In this document: positions 9,954 to 18,822 of the stretch, piece by piece
Layout of the letters: each line of letters opens with the position of its first letter
Position numbering within the stretch: the stretch's first letter is position 1
DNA from: Terracidiphilus sp.
GTDB lineage: Bacteria > Acidobacteriota > Terriglobia > Terriglobales > Acidobacteriaceae
Direction: 5' to 3'
DNA length: 64,000 bases
Assembly: GCA_035550015.1 (NCBI GenBank)
Contig: DASZRJ010000015.1
Coordinates: 73,521-137,520 of the forward strand
Position numbers and translations under genes: made by a program
Notes under the pieces: model-generated
Database searches by the model: none
What the model was told of the DNA's origin: nothing
The model's input: only the letters and a program-made list of their open reading frames with translations

Positions 9954-10173
9954 TTCAATAACTTGGAAATCTATCGAGTACTGGATTGTATATATCCGTA
10001 TACATCATACTCTCCCTCGAACTTCGCGGTACTCATAGCCCAAAGGTTGGCAGACATACAACTTCTGGGGCACAACTAGCACAAAAGTTGTAGTTCGCGT
10101 CTCGGCATATTTTATGCATCGGCGTGTGAGAAAATTCGAAATCTAAAGCTGAAAGAACATAAGATATGTCGAG

Positions 10174-10539
10174 TTAACCTTCACTTCCATTTTCAATCGG
10201 CTGCATTTCCAGCAGGTCCCCACACTCTGTTTGTGATTCAGCAATTGCGCCGCACGGCAACTCCAGAATGGAATGTGCAGTAAGACAAGCGGAAAGGCGC
10301 CAAGGTGCTACGCAGCGCTTCACTTTCTTCACGCGAAGAGCGCGATCCAAGTAAATAAGGTCGATTGCAAAACGCATCCAAAAGGTATGAACGGACTCGC
10401 AGGGAACAATCCACAAGCCTCCGCCATGCTCCAGACTATCCCTACCTAACAGACCTTTCGAACGCAGCCTTGGGGTATCCGCAATTCTGAGGCGATCAGC
10501 CACAACTGAATTTCTGGACTTATTGAATACGCAATACAT
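10174..10539 (-). CDS. DUF192 domain protein (start likely ATG 10539; ORF extends to 10608)
   Basis: ADTPRLRSKGLLGR, GLWIVPCESVHTFWMRFAIDLIYLD, ILELPCG. N-terminus MYCVFNKSR aligns with FCVYNRNR of the 15487 paralog. Confidence 0.85.
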   Translation of the reverse strand: MYCVFNKSRNSVVADRLRIADTPRLRSKGLLGRDSLEHGGGLWIVPCESVHTFWMRFAIDLIYLDRALRVKKVKRCVAPWRLSACLTAHSILELPCGAIAESQTECGDLLEMQPIENGSEG

Positions 10540-10737
10540 CTCTGCAACTGGCCGCTTCCCTTGATTGAGCCGATCATTATGCCCAGTCAACATACTAAGT
10601 CTCCCCATTCGAAATATCAGTCTTCACACAATTGCCCTTGGAAGCATCACATTGCTAACAGGCGCATATTTACCACTGATCTTGGGCTATTCGCCGATCA
10701 TATTTCGCAGAGTTTTACAATTCCTTCGCAAAGAAAA

Positions 10738-10765
10738 CACCCCGGCAAATCTTCGTGCCGGGGTG
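10738..10765 (-). terminator. Intrinsic terminator after cpaC
   Basis: 10-bp stem CACCCCGGCA-N8-TGCCGGGGTG followed by TTTTCTTT on the minus strand. Confidence 0.75.
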
Positions 10766-10808
10766 CTGCTTAAATTTCTCAGTGGGGGTTGATTCGCGTC
10801 ACCCATTT

Positions 10809-12452
10809 CTACGGACCAGTACTGGAACCTCCAGAACCGCCCATCATGCTCGTCCCCGATCCGGAACCGGTATTCAGTTTTTCTTCTTTCTTCTCATTAA
10901 ACTGTTTCAGCTGCTCCACCGGAATTGTCGCGGGAGGCGGCGGCAATGTATTGGCTGGAGTTTTCTCATCGGGAGTGTACATTGGTATACCCGAATTCGG
11001 AGGAAGGAATGTCCGCGGGTACTTCAGTTGCGGGAGCGGCGCACCAGCTGGAATTGGTGAAACGATCTCCGGCGTTACCAGAACTATTAATTCTGTATTT
11101 GTCCGATTCCGTTGCATCGACTGGAAGAATTTTCCAAGGACAGGGATGTCTCCCAGGAACGGGATCTTCTGAAGGGTTTCAGTTTCACGATTGTCAAGCA
11201 GACCACCAATCGCAAAGCTCTGACCATCCTGCAACTCTACCTCGGTCTCGACCCGGCGCACGGTGATAGCGGGAACTACAAATCCTGAAATTGTAACGGC
11301 GTTCGAGAAGTCGAGCGCACTTACTTCAGGCGCAACCTGCAAGCGGATCGTACCGCGCGGCGTAACGGTCGGAATGAAGGCTAAGCGCACACCGTATTGC
11401 TTGAACTGAATGGTAACCGCACCGCCCACACCGCCCGAAGATCCTTGCACCATGGGGTAGGGATATTCACCGCCGGCCAGGAAGCTCGCTTGCTTTCCAT
11501 CTTCAGCCAATAGATTTGGCTCTGCCAGAACTTCTGCGAGTCCTTTGGTCTCAAGCGCTTTCAAGGTTGCACCCAAATTGAGACCCGGATAAAAGGCAAA
11601 CAGGTTTAACTGGTCTGAAAGAGTTGCAGTTGCGCTGTCTGAGCCGCTGGGGACAGTGACAGTTGGAGGCGAAAATTGCCCCGTCGTGGCTGTTCCAATC
11701 GTGTTGCCGAATCCGGTGCTGAAGATATTTAGCCCTAACGCATTGCTCTTATTCCGATCAATACTGGCAAAGCGAACCTTCAACAAGATCTGCGGCTCTG
11801 AATTCGGAACCACGACGTTAAGAAGATTCACTACCTTACCTGCTGACGATGCAATCTGAACAGCTCTGTCGGAGCTATTCAGATCATTGACAGTACCGCG
11901 CAGAAACACGGATCCACTCTCTTCAGACACACGCAAGTGCTGACCCGGGAGCTCGATCCTCAGCTGGCGTCTCACCGCATCCAGTGCATCGTTGATCGCG
12001 AGCATGCTCTCGCGCACCGTAAGATTAAAGAATTGGCGACCGCCGGAAACGTCCCACACAATAACGCTTGTTTCGCCAACCTTCTTGCCATTTATCAGCA
12101 CCTGGGTTGGGCTCACTGCGACGGCTTCGGCAATTTCTGCGCTGCCCACGGCGATTTGTGTTACAGGCTTGGCCATGTCCAAGACCACAGACTTACCGAC
12201 CGATACCGTAAGGTCGTTTGTCGAATCCTGAGTTGGCGCAGCTACCGGCCGTGATGGCGGAGGCGGGGGAGCAGGAGGTTCGTTCTGATCCTTGTTCGCC
12301 GTTGGTGGCTTTTCCTGGCCGGAGGCAGGAGCCTGGTCCGGATTCGTCGCCGGTGCCTGCCCGGCGTCCTGTGCCCAAAGCACCGGTCCTGAGCCGGAAA
12401 CAATCGCGAAAGCAATCGCATAAAAAAATGCAGCTCTTATTCTGGCTCTCAC
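10809..12452 (-). CDS. cpaC: Tad pilus secretin CpaC/RcpA
   Basis: Signal peptide, Pro-rich linker, pilus N-domain (AVAVSPTQVLINGKKVGETSVIVW), secretin domain (LAEPNL, FLAGGEYP, KIPFLGDIPVLGKFF, ELIVLVTP). Confidence 0.93.
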   Translation of the reverse strand: MRARIRAAFFYAIAFAIVSGSGPVLWAQDAGQAPATNPDQAPASGQEKPPTANKDQNEPPAPPPPPSRPVAAPTQDSTNDLTVSVGKSVVLDMAKPVTQIAVGSAEIAEAVAVSPTQVLINGKKVGETSVIVWDVSGGRQFFNLTVRESMLAINDALDAVRRQLRIELPGQHLRVSEESGSVFLRGTVNDLNSSDRAVQIASSAGKVVNLLNVVVPNSEPQILLKVRFASIDRNKSNALGLNIFSTGFGNTIGTATTGQFSPPTVTVPSGSDSATATLSDQLNLFAFYPGLNLGATLKALETKGLAEVLAEPNLLAEDGKQASFLAGGEYPYPMVQGSSGGVGGAVTIQFKQYGVRLAFIPTVTPRGTIRLQVAPEVSALDFSNAVTISGFVVPAITVRRVETEVELQDGQSFAIGGLLDNRETETLQKIPFLGDIPVLGKFFQSMQRNRTNTELIVLVTPEIVSPIPAGAPLPQLKYPRTFLPPNSGIPMYTPDEKTPANTLPPPPATIPVEQLKQFNEKKEEKLNTGSGSGTSMMGGSGGSSTGP

Positions 12453-13300
12453 TTTTTCTCTCCGGGCGCTTCAAATTTTTGTTCGGACTTCCTGGGACCG
12501 TTGTAGACGGTCACCGTGAAAGGTTCAGCCTTCTTGGGTGCCTTACTGCGGATAGGACCCAGCCGCGGCTTTTCCTTGGAAGCATTCGGGTTTGCAAAGA
12601 GATTAGCAACTGTTGTGCTCTGCACATCGGCGACCTTCGTGTCCAGCGGATTCCGGAGAACGAGCTGAATATGCGATTCCTGTCCGGCCAAAGCCAATAC
12701 CTGTGCCTGTTCCGGAGTGACGAGAAGATTCACCACCTGTACCTGCCGAGGCTTGCCTTCCTGATCCTTTTGAATGTCTGTACCGGCTGAAAGCACTTCA
12801 ATATTCTGGAGGATGGTTCGAATCTCTGTGTTTTGCTGTCCGCCACGCGCTTCCGGGGGAACTCCCGAGACCAGCACGTCCACACGCATACCTGGAGTCA
12901 CGAAGCCTGCAACACCAACTACCTGGTCAACCTTTACAGCGATAGCGCGCATTCCCTGCTTAATGGTTGCAGCCAGACCACCTCCGGAACCCTCGGGTGC
13001 CAAGCGGCTGTCCAGTACTGGTTCACCCTTATAGATCGTCGAAATTACACCGCGCCCGATTGCCTTCTTCGCATCGACGATTGCACCCGGAGGAGCAGTT
13101 CCAACCACCTGCACCGTCGTCAAATCCGGAGCGCTGATAATAGAACCAATTTGCAGGTCCGCCGCAGCTGCAACAACTGTCGTCGTTGCCTGCGTTTTGA
13201 CGGCTGCAATGCGGCTGCCTACCAACCTATACACAATAAAGGCTGACAGCACAGCGACGAGAAACGCACTCAGGAGAATTGTTAAAAGTCGTCGGTTCAT
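12449..13300 (-). CDS. cpaB: Flp pilus assembly protein CpaB/RcpC
   Basis: N-terminal TM, SAF domain, GMRAIAVKV, GVAGFVTPGMRVDVL, NIEVLSAG, LLVTPEQAQ; 4-bp overlap with cpaC. Confidence 0.93.
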   Translation of the reverse strand: MNRRLLTILLSAFLVAVLSAFIVYRLVGSRIAAVKTQATTTVVAAAADLQIGSIISAPDLTTVQVVGTAPPGAIVDAKKAIGRGVISTIYKGEPVLDSRLAPEGSGGGLAATIKQGMRAIAVKVDQVVGVAGFVTPGMRVDVLVSGVPPEARGGQQNTEIRTILQNIEVLSAGTDIQKDQEGKPRQVQVVNLLVTPEQAQVLALAGQESHIQLVLRNPLDTKVADVQSTTVANLFANPNASKEKPRLGPIRSKAPKKAEPFTVTVYNGPRKSEQKFEAPGEKK

Positions 13301-13453
13301 TCAGAATCCTGTCTTCACCGGGCTCTCGGCACTGCTTGCTTTCCAACTCACCATCCCCAAAGAATCGATTTGCAGGAGGGGGAGGTTGGGATGCATCGTA
13401 ATCGCCGAATTGGGTCAATCGGTTGAACGATGAAGTTGTCTTGATGCCGATAG

Positions 13454-13462
13454 AGTATAGCA
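13454..13462 (-). promoter_or_regulatory. Possible extended -10 promoter for cpaB-cpaC
   Basis: Minus strand TGCTATACT (TGn + TATACT), about 150 nt upstream of cpaB. A nearby TTGACG is only 14 nt away, so it is not a canonical -35. Confidence 0.3.
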
Positions 13463-13857
13463 TTCAGCGGATGCGTCAAGCCTTGAAAAATCGCGGACTT
13501 AAACTGAAGTACCAAATGCAGCAAAGTGCCGAAATTGGCCTCCTTCGTCTCATCTTCGAGCATCACCCATGTTCGCCGAAACTGCTCACACCTCCGGCTC
13601 AACCTCGCACATCCTTCCACGTACAAGTCCGTCGAGACAAGGTCACGCAGAGAGTTTTTCGGTTACGTAAGTGCGAATTCGGTTCCCATCCAAACTATGG
13701 CAATCTTTTGAGTAAAACGATAGTTTGAGATACTGGCGTCGGACGAGGTCAAAGTGACAAGATGCAATGGAGGCAGGATTTCCCTGCGCCGGAGATTGCC
13801 ATCCCCTTTGCTTTTCATACAGGAATAATCAGCGCACTCGGAGCATGGAGGTAAAGC

Positions 13858-15462
13858 GTGGGCTCAGCCAAGCACAAAGAGTTGGAGGATCTGCTCCGGC
13901 GAATTGACGTGCCAGAAGGCGAATCAGAGTCCTCTGAGCAACTCCCTGAGCCTATTCCCATCTCATCGCAACCCGTCAGGGAATGGCGCGTATGGGGCGG
14001 TGGCGCGTCTCAGCAGCCGATTTCTCTTTTTACTGATCGCCCACCCTCCAGACAGCGTCCCGTTTCTTTTATCTTCTCGTTCTTGGTGCACAGTGCTGTT
14101 ATTTGCCTGGTTGCCTTCGGTGTTCTCTATGGCCCGCGCATTCGGTTGAATCCACTCGGACCACACATACTGGTCCGTCAGGTTAACCTCGACGAACCCG
14201 ATTCGCAGATGCAGCGTTCGTCCGGCAGCGGAGCCTACTATCCTGACGAGCAATTGAAGCAGGCGCAGAATGCGGCTGCTTCGGCCGTCAAAGCCGAGAT
14301 GGCTTCGGCCAGGCCCAAACTGCCCGTACGACATCCGGCGCCTCAGACCATCGTTCAACCGGACATTAATGTCGATAAGCTGATCCGGCAGAAGATCCCC
14401 ATGCCGGCAATGCTGCTCTGGTCAGCCAATCGTCCCAAAGTTCGTACCATTACCCCACCTAAGCCGCAGCAGTTGAATGCTTCCAGTGTCATTCCCAAGG
14501 TTGACCGCCCCAATCCGTCGCAAAACCTGAAGGACATTTCGATCACGGATTCGGCATTCAAGTCCAATTTGCCTATGCCTGAAACAAGCACAACTACTCC
14601 GCTTGTGCTTCCCGGCCCGCGCGACGTCGAAAAGATCTCCGAAACCTCTTCTGTTCAGCTTGCACAGGCCAGTGCCGCAAATGTGGCATCCATTTCCGAC
14701 CTTGCGATGAAGCAGGGAGTGGTCGCTCTTCCACCCGTAAACCAGATAGCCGCTGGAAATGGCGGCATCGGCACATCGGGCAAGAATGGCAGCGGTCAGC
14801 ACGGAGAAAAGGAAGGCAATGCAGGAAATGGTACCCGTGGAAATGCGAATGGCCATGCCGGTAGCTCAAGCGGCGCAGGCGGTGGCAATTCGGGCGGCAA
14901 AGGCGCCAGCAATGGTCACGGAACCGGATCCACCAATGGGAACAACCCTGTAGAAAGCGCGGGAAACGGCGCAGGTTTCGAACAGGGGCCTGCACCGACA
15001 CCAATCAGCCGCCCTAAAGACGGTCAGTTTGGTGTTGTTGTGGTGGGCAACTCCGTCGCGCAGGACTTTCCTCAAACAGCTCGATTCTGGAGTGACAGAA
15101 TTGTCTACACTGTTTTCCTTCACGTAGGCCTGCCCAAGACTTGGATTCTGCAGTATTCCGAACCACGCGAGGAAGATGCCTCGGCAACAGGGAACAAGCA
15201 CATCCTTGCTCCGTGGCCCTATTACATCCTGAGGCCGAACATTGATCCCGATGAGGTGAATGCCGACGCGATGATCGTTCATGGCTTTATCAGCGAGAAG
15301 GGAAAATTTGAGAATCTTCAGGTAGTCTTTCCGAACGTGAGCATGGTTGGGAGAGCAGACACTTTACTCAAACAGATTGCACAGTGGCAGTTTAAGCCCG
15401 CAACAGACAACGGCAAGCCGACTCGCGTTGAAACTCTCCTGATCATTCCCCAGGGAGATTAG
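13858..15462 (+). CDS. TonB-family-like single-pass membrane protein
   Basis: RBS GGAGG before GTG. TM FIFSFLVHSAVICL with S-x3-H-x5-L pattern, Pro-rich spacer, Gly/Asn/Ser low-complexity tract, C-terminal TonB_C-like end (HGFISEKG...QWQFKPATDNGKP). Confidence 0.7.
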   Translation: MGSAKHKELEDLLRRIDVPEGESESSEQLPEPIPISSQPVREWRVWGGGASQQPISLFTDRPPSRQRPVSFIFSFLVHSAVICLVAFGVLYGPRIRLNPLGPHILVRQVNLDEPDSQMQRSSGSGAYYPDEQLKQAQNAAASAVKAEMASARPKLPVRHPAPQTIVQPDINVDKLIRQKIPMPAMLLWSANRPKVRTITPPKPQQLNASSVIPKVDRPNPSQNLKDISITDSAFKSNLPMPETSTTTPLVLPGPRDVEKISETSSVQLAQASAANVASISDLAMKQGVVALPPVNQIAAGNGGIGTSGKNGSGQHGEKEGNAGNGTRGNANGHAGSSSGAGGGNSGGKGASNGHGTGSTNGNNPVESAGNGAGFEQGPAPTPISRPKDGQFGVVVVGNSVAQDFPQTARFWSDRIVYTVFLHVGLPKTWILQYSEPREEDASATGNKHILAPWPYYILRPNIDPDEVNADAMIVHGFISEKGKFENLQVVFPNVSMVGRADTLLKQIAQWQFKPATDNGKPTRVETLLIIPQGD

Positions 15463-15486
15463 AACTCTTTCTCATGCCTCTGGCAG

Positions 15487-16473
15487 CTATTCGCTCTTGA
15501 TCTTCTTGATGAAGCGCTCAATCGTCTTCTTGCTGGCCCCGTTGTCACTAAACGAATCGTCGCCCGATGAAGAAGCTTTCGATGGCACAAAAGCCAGTCC
15601 AACGCCGTTTTTGTCCCAGCGAGCCACGCGTGTCTGCACAGCAATAGCGTTTCCAGCTTCGTTACCGGATGTATCTGTCCGTTGCAGAGTCATCAGGATC
15701 ATCGTACCTGGAAACCAGCGCTCTTCGGTCAGCAGGAAAATACCTGTATCGCTGATATCGCCGATGTGATATGCCTGAGGCGCGCCACCGGTCCAGTAGT
15801 AGGCCACAAGGCCCGGCACAGCATGGCGCAAGGCCCGCCTGCGATCCGTGGAGAGCCATCGGAGAAAACGTTGGATAAGGGATAGTTTCTTATCTGCTTC
15901 CTTTTCCTGCTGGTCTTTTTGGTCCAGCTTTTGAATGGCGATTTGGAGTTGTCGAGTATGGTCGCGTGAAATGGACGAACGTGAAATGGTAAGGCGAGGT
16001 CCCTCGCTGCGCGAAATTGGTCTGCGTACTCCCGACGTTTGCTGAGGTGGAGGTGGCGGAGGCGCGGGCTGCGATGGATTGGCAAGCTGTGCCAACCGGT
16101 TCTCCATCTCTTCCGCCACGCAAATAACAAGCAAATCACCCGGTTGGGAATGCGACGTCTGGATTGAATGCGCAGGCAAAGCAATCACACTGGAGGCGGG
16201 CGTGGTCAGTGGTTCGATATGAGCTGTGGGGTAAGACTCAACAAGCTGGAGAATGCGATAGTCTTCATCGAGATAGACCAGATCGATCGGAGAAAGTCCA
16301 CGAACCGCAGGAACGCCGCGATATGGAGTCATCCAAAGGCCGCTATCGGCAGTCACCGCCAATTGCTCGATGAGCGATTTGAGTTTCTCCAAAGTCGTGT
16401 CCGCGACCGTGACGCTTAAGCTTAAAAAGCTCTCACGGTTTCGGTTGTACACGCAGAACTTCTGAGGGTCCAT
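15487..16473 (-). CDS. DUF192-like domain fused to C-terminal PilZ domain
   Basis: N-half resembles DUF192 (VADT, GLWMTP, PIDLVYLD, VIALPA). C-half has PilZ RxxxR (RRALR) and DxSxxG (DISDTG) and ends VARWDKNGVGLAF. Confidence 0.8.
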   Translation of the reverse strand: MDPQKFCVYNRNRESFLSLSVTVADTTLEKLKSLIEQLAVTADSGLWMTPYRGVPAVRGLSPIDLVYLDEDYRILQLVESYPTAHIEPLTTPASSVIALPAHSIQTSHSQPGDLLVICVAEEMENRLAQLANPSQPAPPPPPPQQTSGVRRPISRSEGPRLTISRSSISRDHTRQLQIAIQKLDQKDQQEKEADKKLSLIQRFLRWLSTDRRRALRHAVPGLVAYYWTGGAPQAYHIGDISDTGIFLLTEERWFPGTMILMTLQRTDTSGNEAGNAIAVQTRVARWDKNGVGLAFVPSKASSSGDDSFSDNGASKKTIERFIKKIKSE

Positions 16474-16800
16474 AGGCTCTCACCCGTCTACAAATATACG
16501 GTTTGAACTTCAACTTGCACCAAGCGGTTTTGCTATCTGCAACGCCCGGTCGAACCAAGGGGGATTAATTTTCCTTTCAGGAAAAGTGATTGGGACGGCC
16601 ACTGCACACTAGGCAAGTGAATTCATAAGCTCCCATGGAAGAGAAGGGCGCATCGGACTCTGGCGAGCGCCCCACGATTTGAAACACGGCCATCATAACG
16701 CGCCAAAAGACGGCACGCTGGCGGCCATTCACATATCAGGACGTTCCGCGCATCGAACATGCCGCAACAAACATCCAATTTCAATAAATCGCCCAGGTCT

Positions 16801-16896
16801 TTACTTGACCCTGGTGCGGCGACGCTGGATCAGAATAACCAGCACAATGACAAACAGAACCGCGGCAACTGCCCGGATGATTGTTTCATTGCTCAT
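16801..16896 (-). CDS. 31-aa single-TM small protein MSNETIIRAVAAVLFVIVLVILIQRRRTRVK (not in ORF track)
   Basis: Manual translation from ATG 16896 to TAA 16801. Purine-rich RBS GAAGGGAG upstream, 17 nt after the tadC stop; hydrophobic core plus basic tail. Confidence 0.65.
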   Translation of the reverse strand: MSNETIIRAVAAVLFVIVLVILIQRRRTRVK

Positions 16897-16913
16897 TTTG
16901 ATTCTCCCTTCCC

Positions 16914-17825
16914 TCAGTGTGAGAAAAACTTACCAAACGATTGGGCCATCGTGATCATTGCCGGTCCGAGCGTGACAAGGAACAACGATGGAAAGATAAA
17001 CAAAACCAACGGAAATAGGAGCTTGACAGAGAGCTTTGCTGCCTTCTCTTCCACTTCCTGAATCCGTTGAGTCCGAAGCGTATCCGAATGAACACGCAAA
17101 GTTTTGCCTATGCTGGTTCCAAACTGCTCCGCCTGAATCAGCATTGTGACAAGATTCCGGATTGAGTCAACATCGGTGCGTTCCGCCAAGTGTTTCCATG
17201 CCTCGGAACGGGCGCGACCAGCTCGCTGCTCCAGAGCAACGATGCCGAGTTCATCGCTTAAAGCAGGCTGGGCCTTCTTCAGTTCATCGGCAGTGCGCGC
17301 CGTGGCTTGATCAAGGCTCAGTCCGGCTTCCACACAAATAATCAGCATATCCAGCACATCGGGCAGTCCCTTGCGCATTTCCGCCTGCCGATTTGCAATC
17401 TTTCGGCCCAACCAGAAATCCGGGCCGAGAAAACCGAGAGCAGCACATATCGCAAGGACAAAGAACGGACTGAACCGGTAGACACCCGTGGCCAATGCGA
17501 TGATCAGAAGCACGACCGGAACAAGAAATTTGGCGCCGTAAAAATACTTCACGGCCGAGTCTTGGCGATAACCGGCTCGAATCAGACGCTGCTGCTGTAC
17601 CGAGGATTCTTGCTCGGATTTGGGGATGAACTTTTCAACCGATTCCACCATGCCACCGAGAACATCGCGGGTCTCGGCAAGTGTCGAAGCAATGCTCTTC
17701 TTCTTCGGCCGTGGATAAAGGGCGGTCGTAATGCGCTGCTGGATTGCGTCGCGGTAGAAGAACAGCAATCCACCGCTGGCAATCAGCAGGAACATCACGG
17801 CAAACGAAATGATTGCAAATGCCAT
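16914..17825 (-). CDS. tadC: Tad inner-membrane platform protein TadC
   Basis: LPDVLDMLIICVEAGLSLDQA, EQFGTSIGKTLR, AAKLSVKLLFPLVLFIFP. Confidence 0.93.
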   Translation of the reverse strand: MAFAIISFAVMFLLIASGGLLFFYRDAIQQRITTALYPRPKKKSIASTLAETRDVLGGMVESVEKFIPKSEQESSVQQQRLIRAGYRQDSAVKYFYGAKFLVPVVLLIIALATGVYRFSPFFVLAICAALGFLGPDFWLGRKIANRQAEMRKGLPDVLDMLIICVEAGLSLDQATARTADELKKAQPALSDELGIVALEQRAGRARSEAWKHLAERTDVDSIRNLVTMLIQAEQFGTSIGKTLRVHSDTLRTQRIQEVEEKAAKLSVKLLFPLVLFIFPSLFLVTLGPAMITMAQSFGKFFSH

Positions 17826-17834
17826 TTTTGCCTC

Positions 17835-18806
17835 TTACACGTCCAGGTTAACGATCTTACGAATAATCAATCCGCCGATAATGATCATGATGCCGGCCGC
17901 ATACATCAGCTTGATGCCGATGGGAGTCGTCCAGAGAATCCTCATCATGGTCGGATTGATGGTGTACAAAAGGCACCCGAGCACGATAGGGAGCAACGTA
18001 AGAATGACGCCCGTCAATCGTCCCTGGGCCGTATGTGTCAACACTTGACGCTTCAAGCGAAATCGTTCGCGAATGACAGAGGAGGTCTTCTCCAGCACTT
18101 CCGCCAGATTACCGCCGCTTTCGCGTTGAATCAGAATTGCGGTCGCCACGATCTTCAGATCCTGCACGGGCATCCGGGCAATCATGTTTTCCATCGCGAC
18201 TTTGAGCTCAAGACCGTAGTTCTGCTCGTCGAAGCAGGTGCGGAACTCAGTTCCGACCGGATCCGGGCACTCGCGCGATACAAGGCCGGTTGCCGCATTC
18301 AGGCTGTGTCCCACGCGAAGAGCATTCACAATCAGATCAATTGCTTCGGGAAGCCCTTGCTCAAACTTGGACAAACGCTTGTTGCGCTTAAAAACCACAT
18401 AAATCAATGGAGCTGCTGCAGCCACCAGGCCAATGAGCAAGCCGAACAAAATTGCATTCGTCCTGTAATAGACAAGCCAGCCCGCGACAAAGAAGCATCC
18501 GAAACAGAATAAGAGTAACCCGCCAACAGTCCATTTCAAGTCTGCCTGATACAACAGCCTGCGCAGACGTGGAGCCAGTTCCAACTGAGCAAGTGTGCGA
18601 TCCAGCCAGGGAATCGAACTCATCAGCTCGTTCTTGCGCACGTCCACCAAAAGGTCGCTGTTATCGGGCTTGCCCACTGCAAGCGCCGAGTCCAACCGAG
18701 CCATCACTTTCTTGCCTTGTTCCGCCTTGCCTGGGCCCGCCGCAATCATCAGCAGTGCGACGACCACAAAGGCAGCCAGAAAGACGAGGACAATGATGAT
18801 TAACAT
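17835..18806 (-). CDS. tadB: Tad inner-membrane platform protein TadB
   Basis: LPEAIDLIVNALRVGHSL, IQRESGGNLAEVL, TAQGRLTG. Confidence 0.93.
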   Translation of the reverse strand: MLIIIVLVFLAAFVVVALLMIAAGPGKAEQGKKVMARLDSALAVGKPDNSDLLVDVRKNELMSSIPWLDRTLAQLELAPRLRRLLYQADLKWTVGGLLLFCFGCFFVAGWLVYYRTNAILFGLLIGLVAAAAPLIYVVFKRNKRLSKFEQGLPEAIDLIVNALRVGHSLNAATGLVSRECPDPVGTEFRTCFDEQNYGLELKVAMENMIARMPVQDLKIVATAILIQRESGGNLAEVLEKTSSVIRERFRLKRQVLTHTAQGRLTGVILTLLPIVLGCLLYTINPTMMRILWTTPIGIKLMYAAGIMIIIGGLIIRKIVNLDV

Positions 18807-18822
18807 TGCGTGCTCCTTCCGG

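Noticed and set aside
10103-10118. Plus-strand GG-N10-GC (CGGCATATTTTATGCA)
   Set aside because: Lacks the T before GG and the TT before GC, and points antisense into DUF192 with no gene to drive.
13348-13728. Overlapping ORFs 13348-13626 (-) and 13423-13728 (+)
   Set aside because: No motif, RBS or pilin-like signal; mutually overlapping.
16679-17061. Plus-strand ORFs of 91 and 100 aa
   Set aside because: Antisense shadows of tadC and the 31-aa peptide.
17307-18512. 401-aa plus-strand ORF
   Set aside because: Antisense shadow of tadB/tadC; no domain features.
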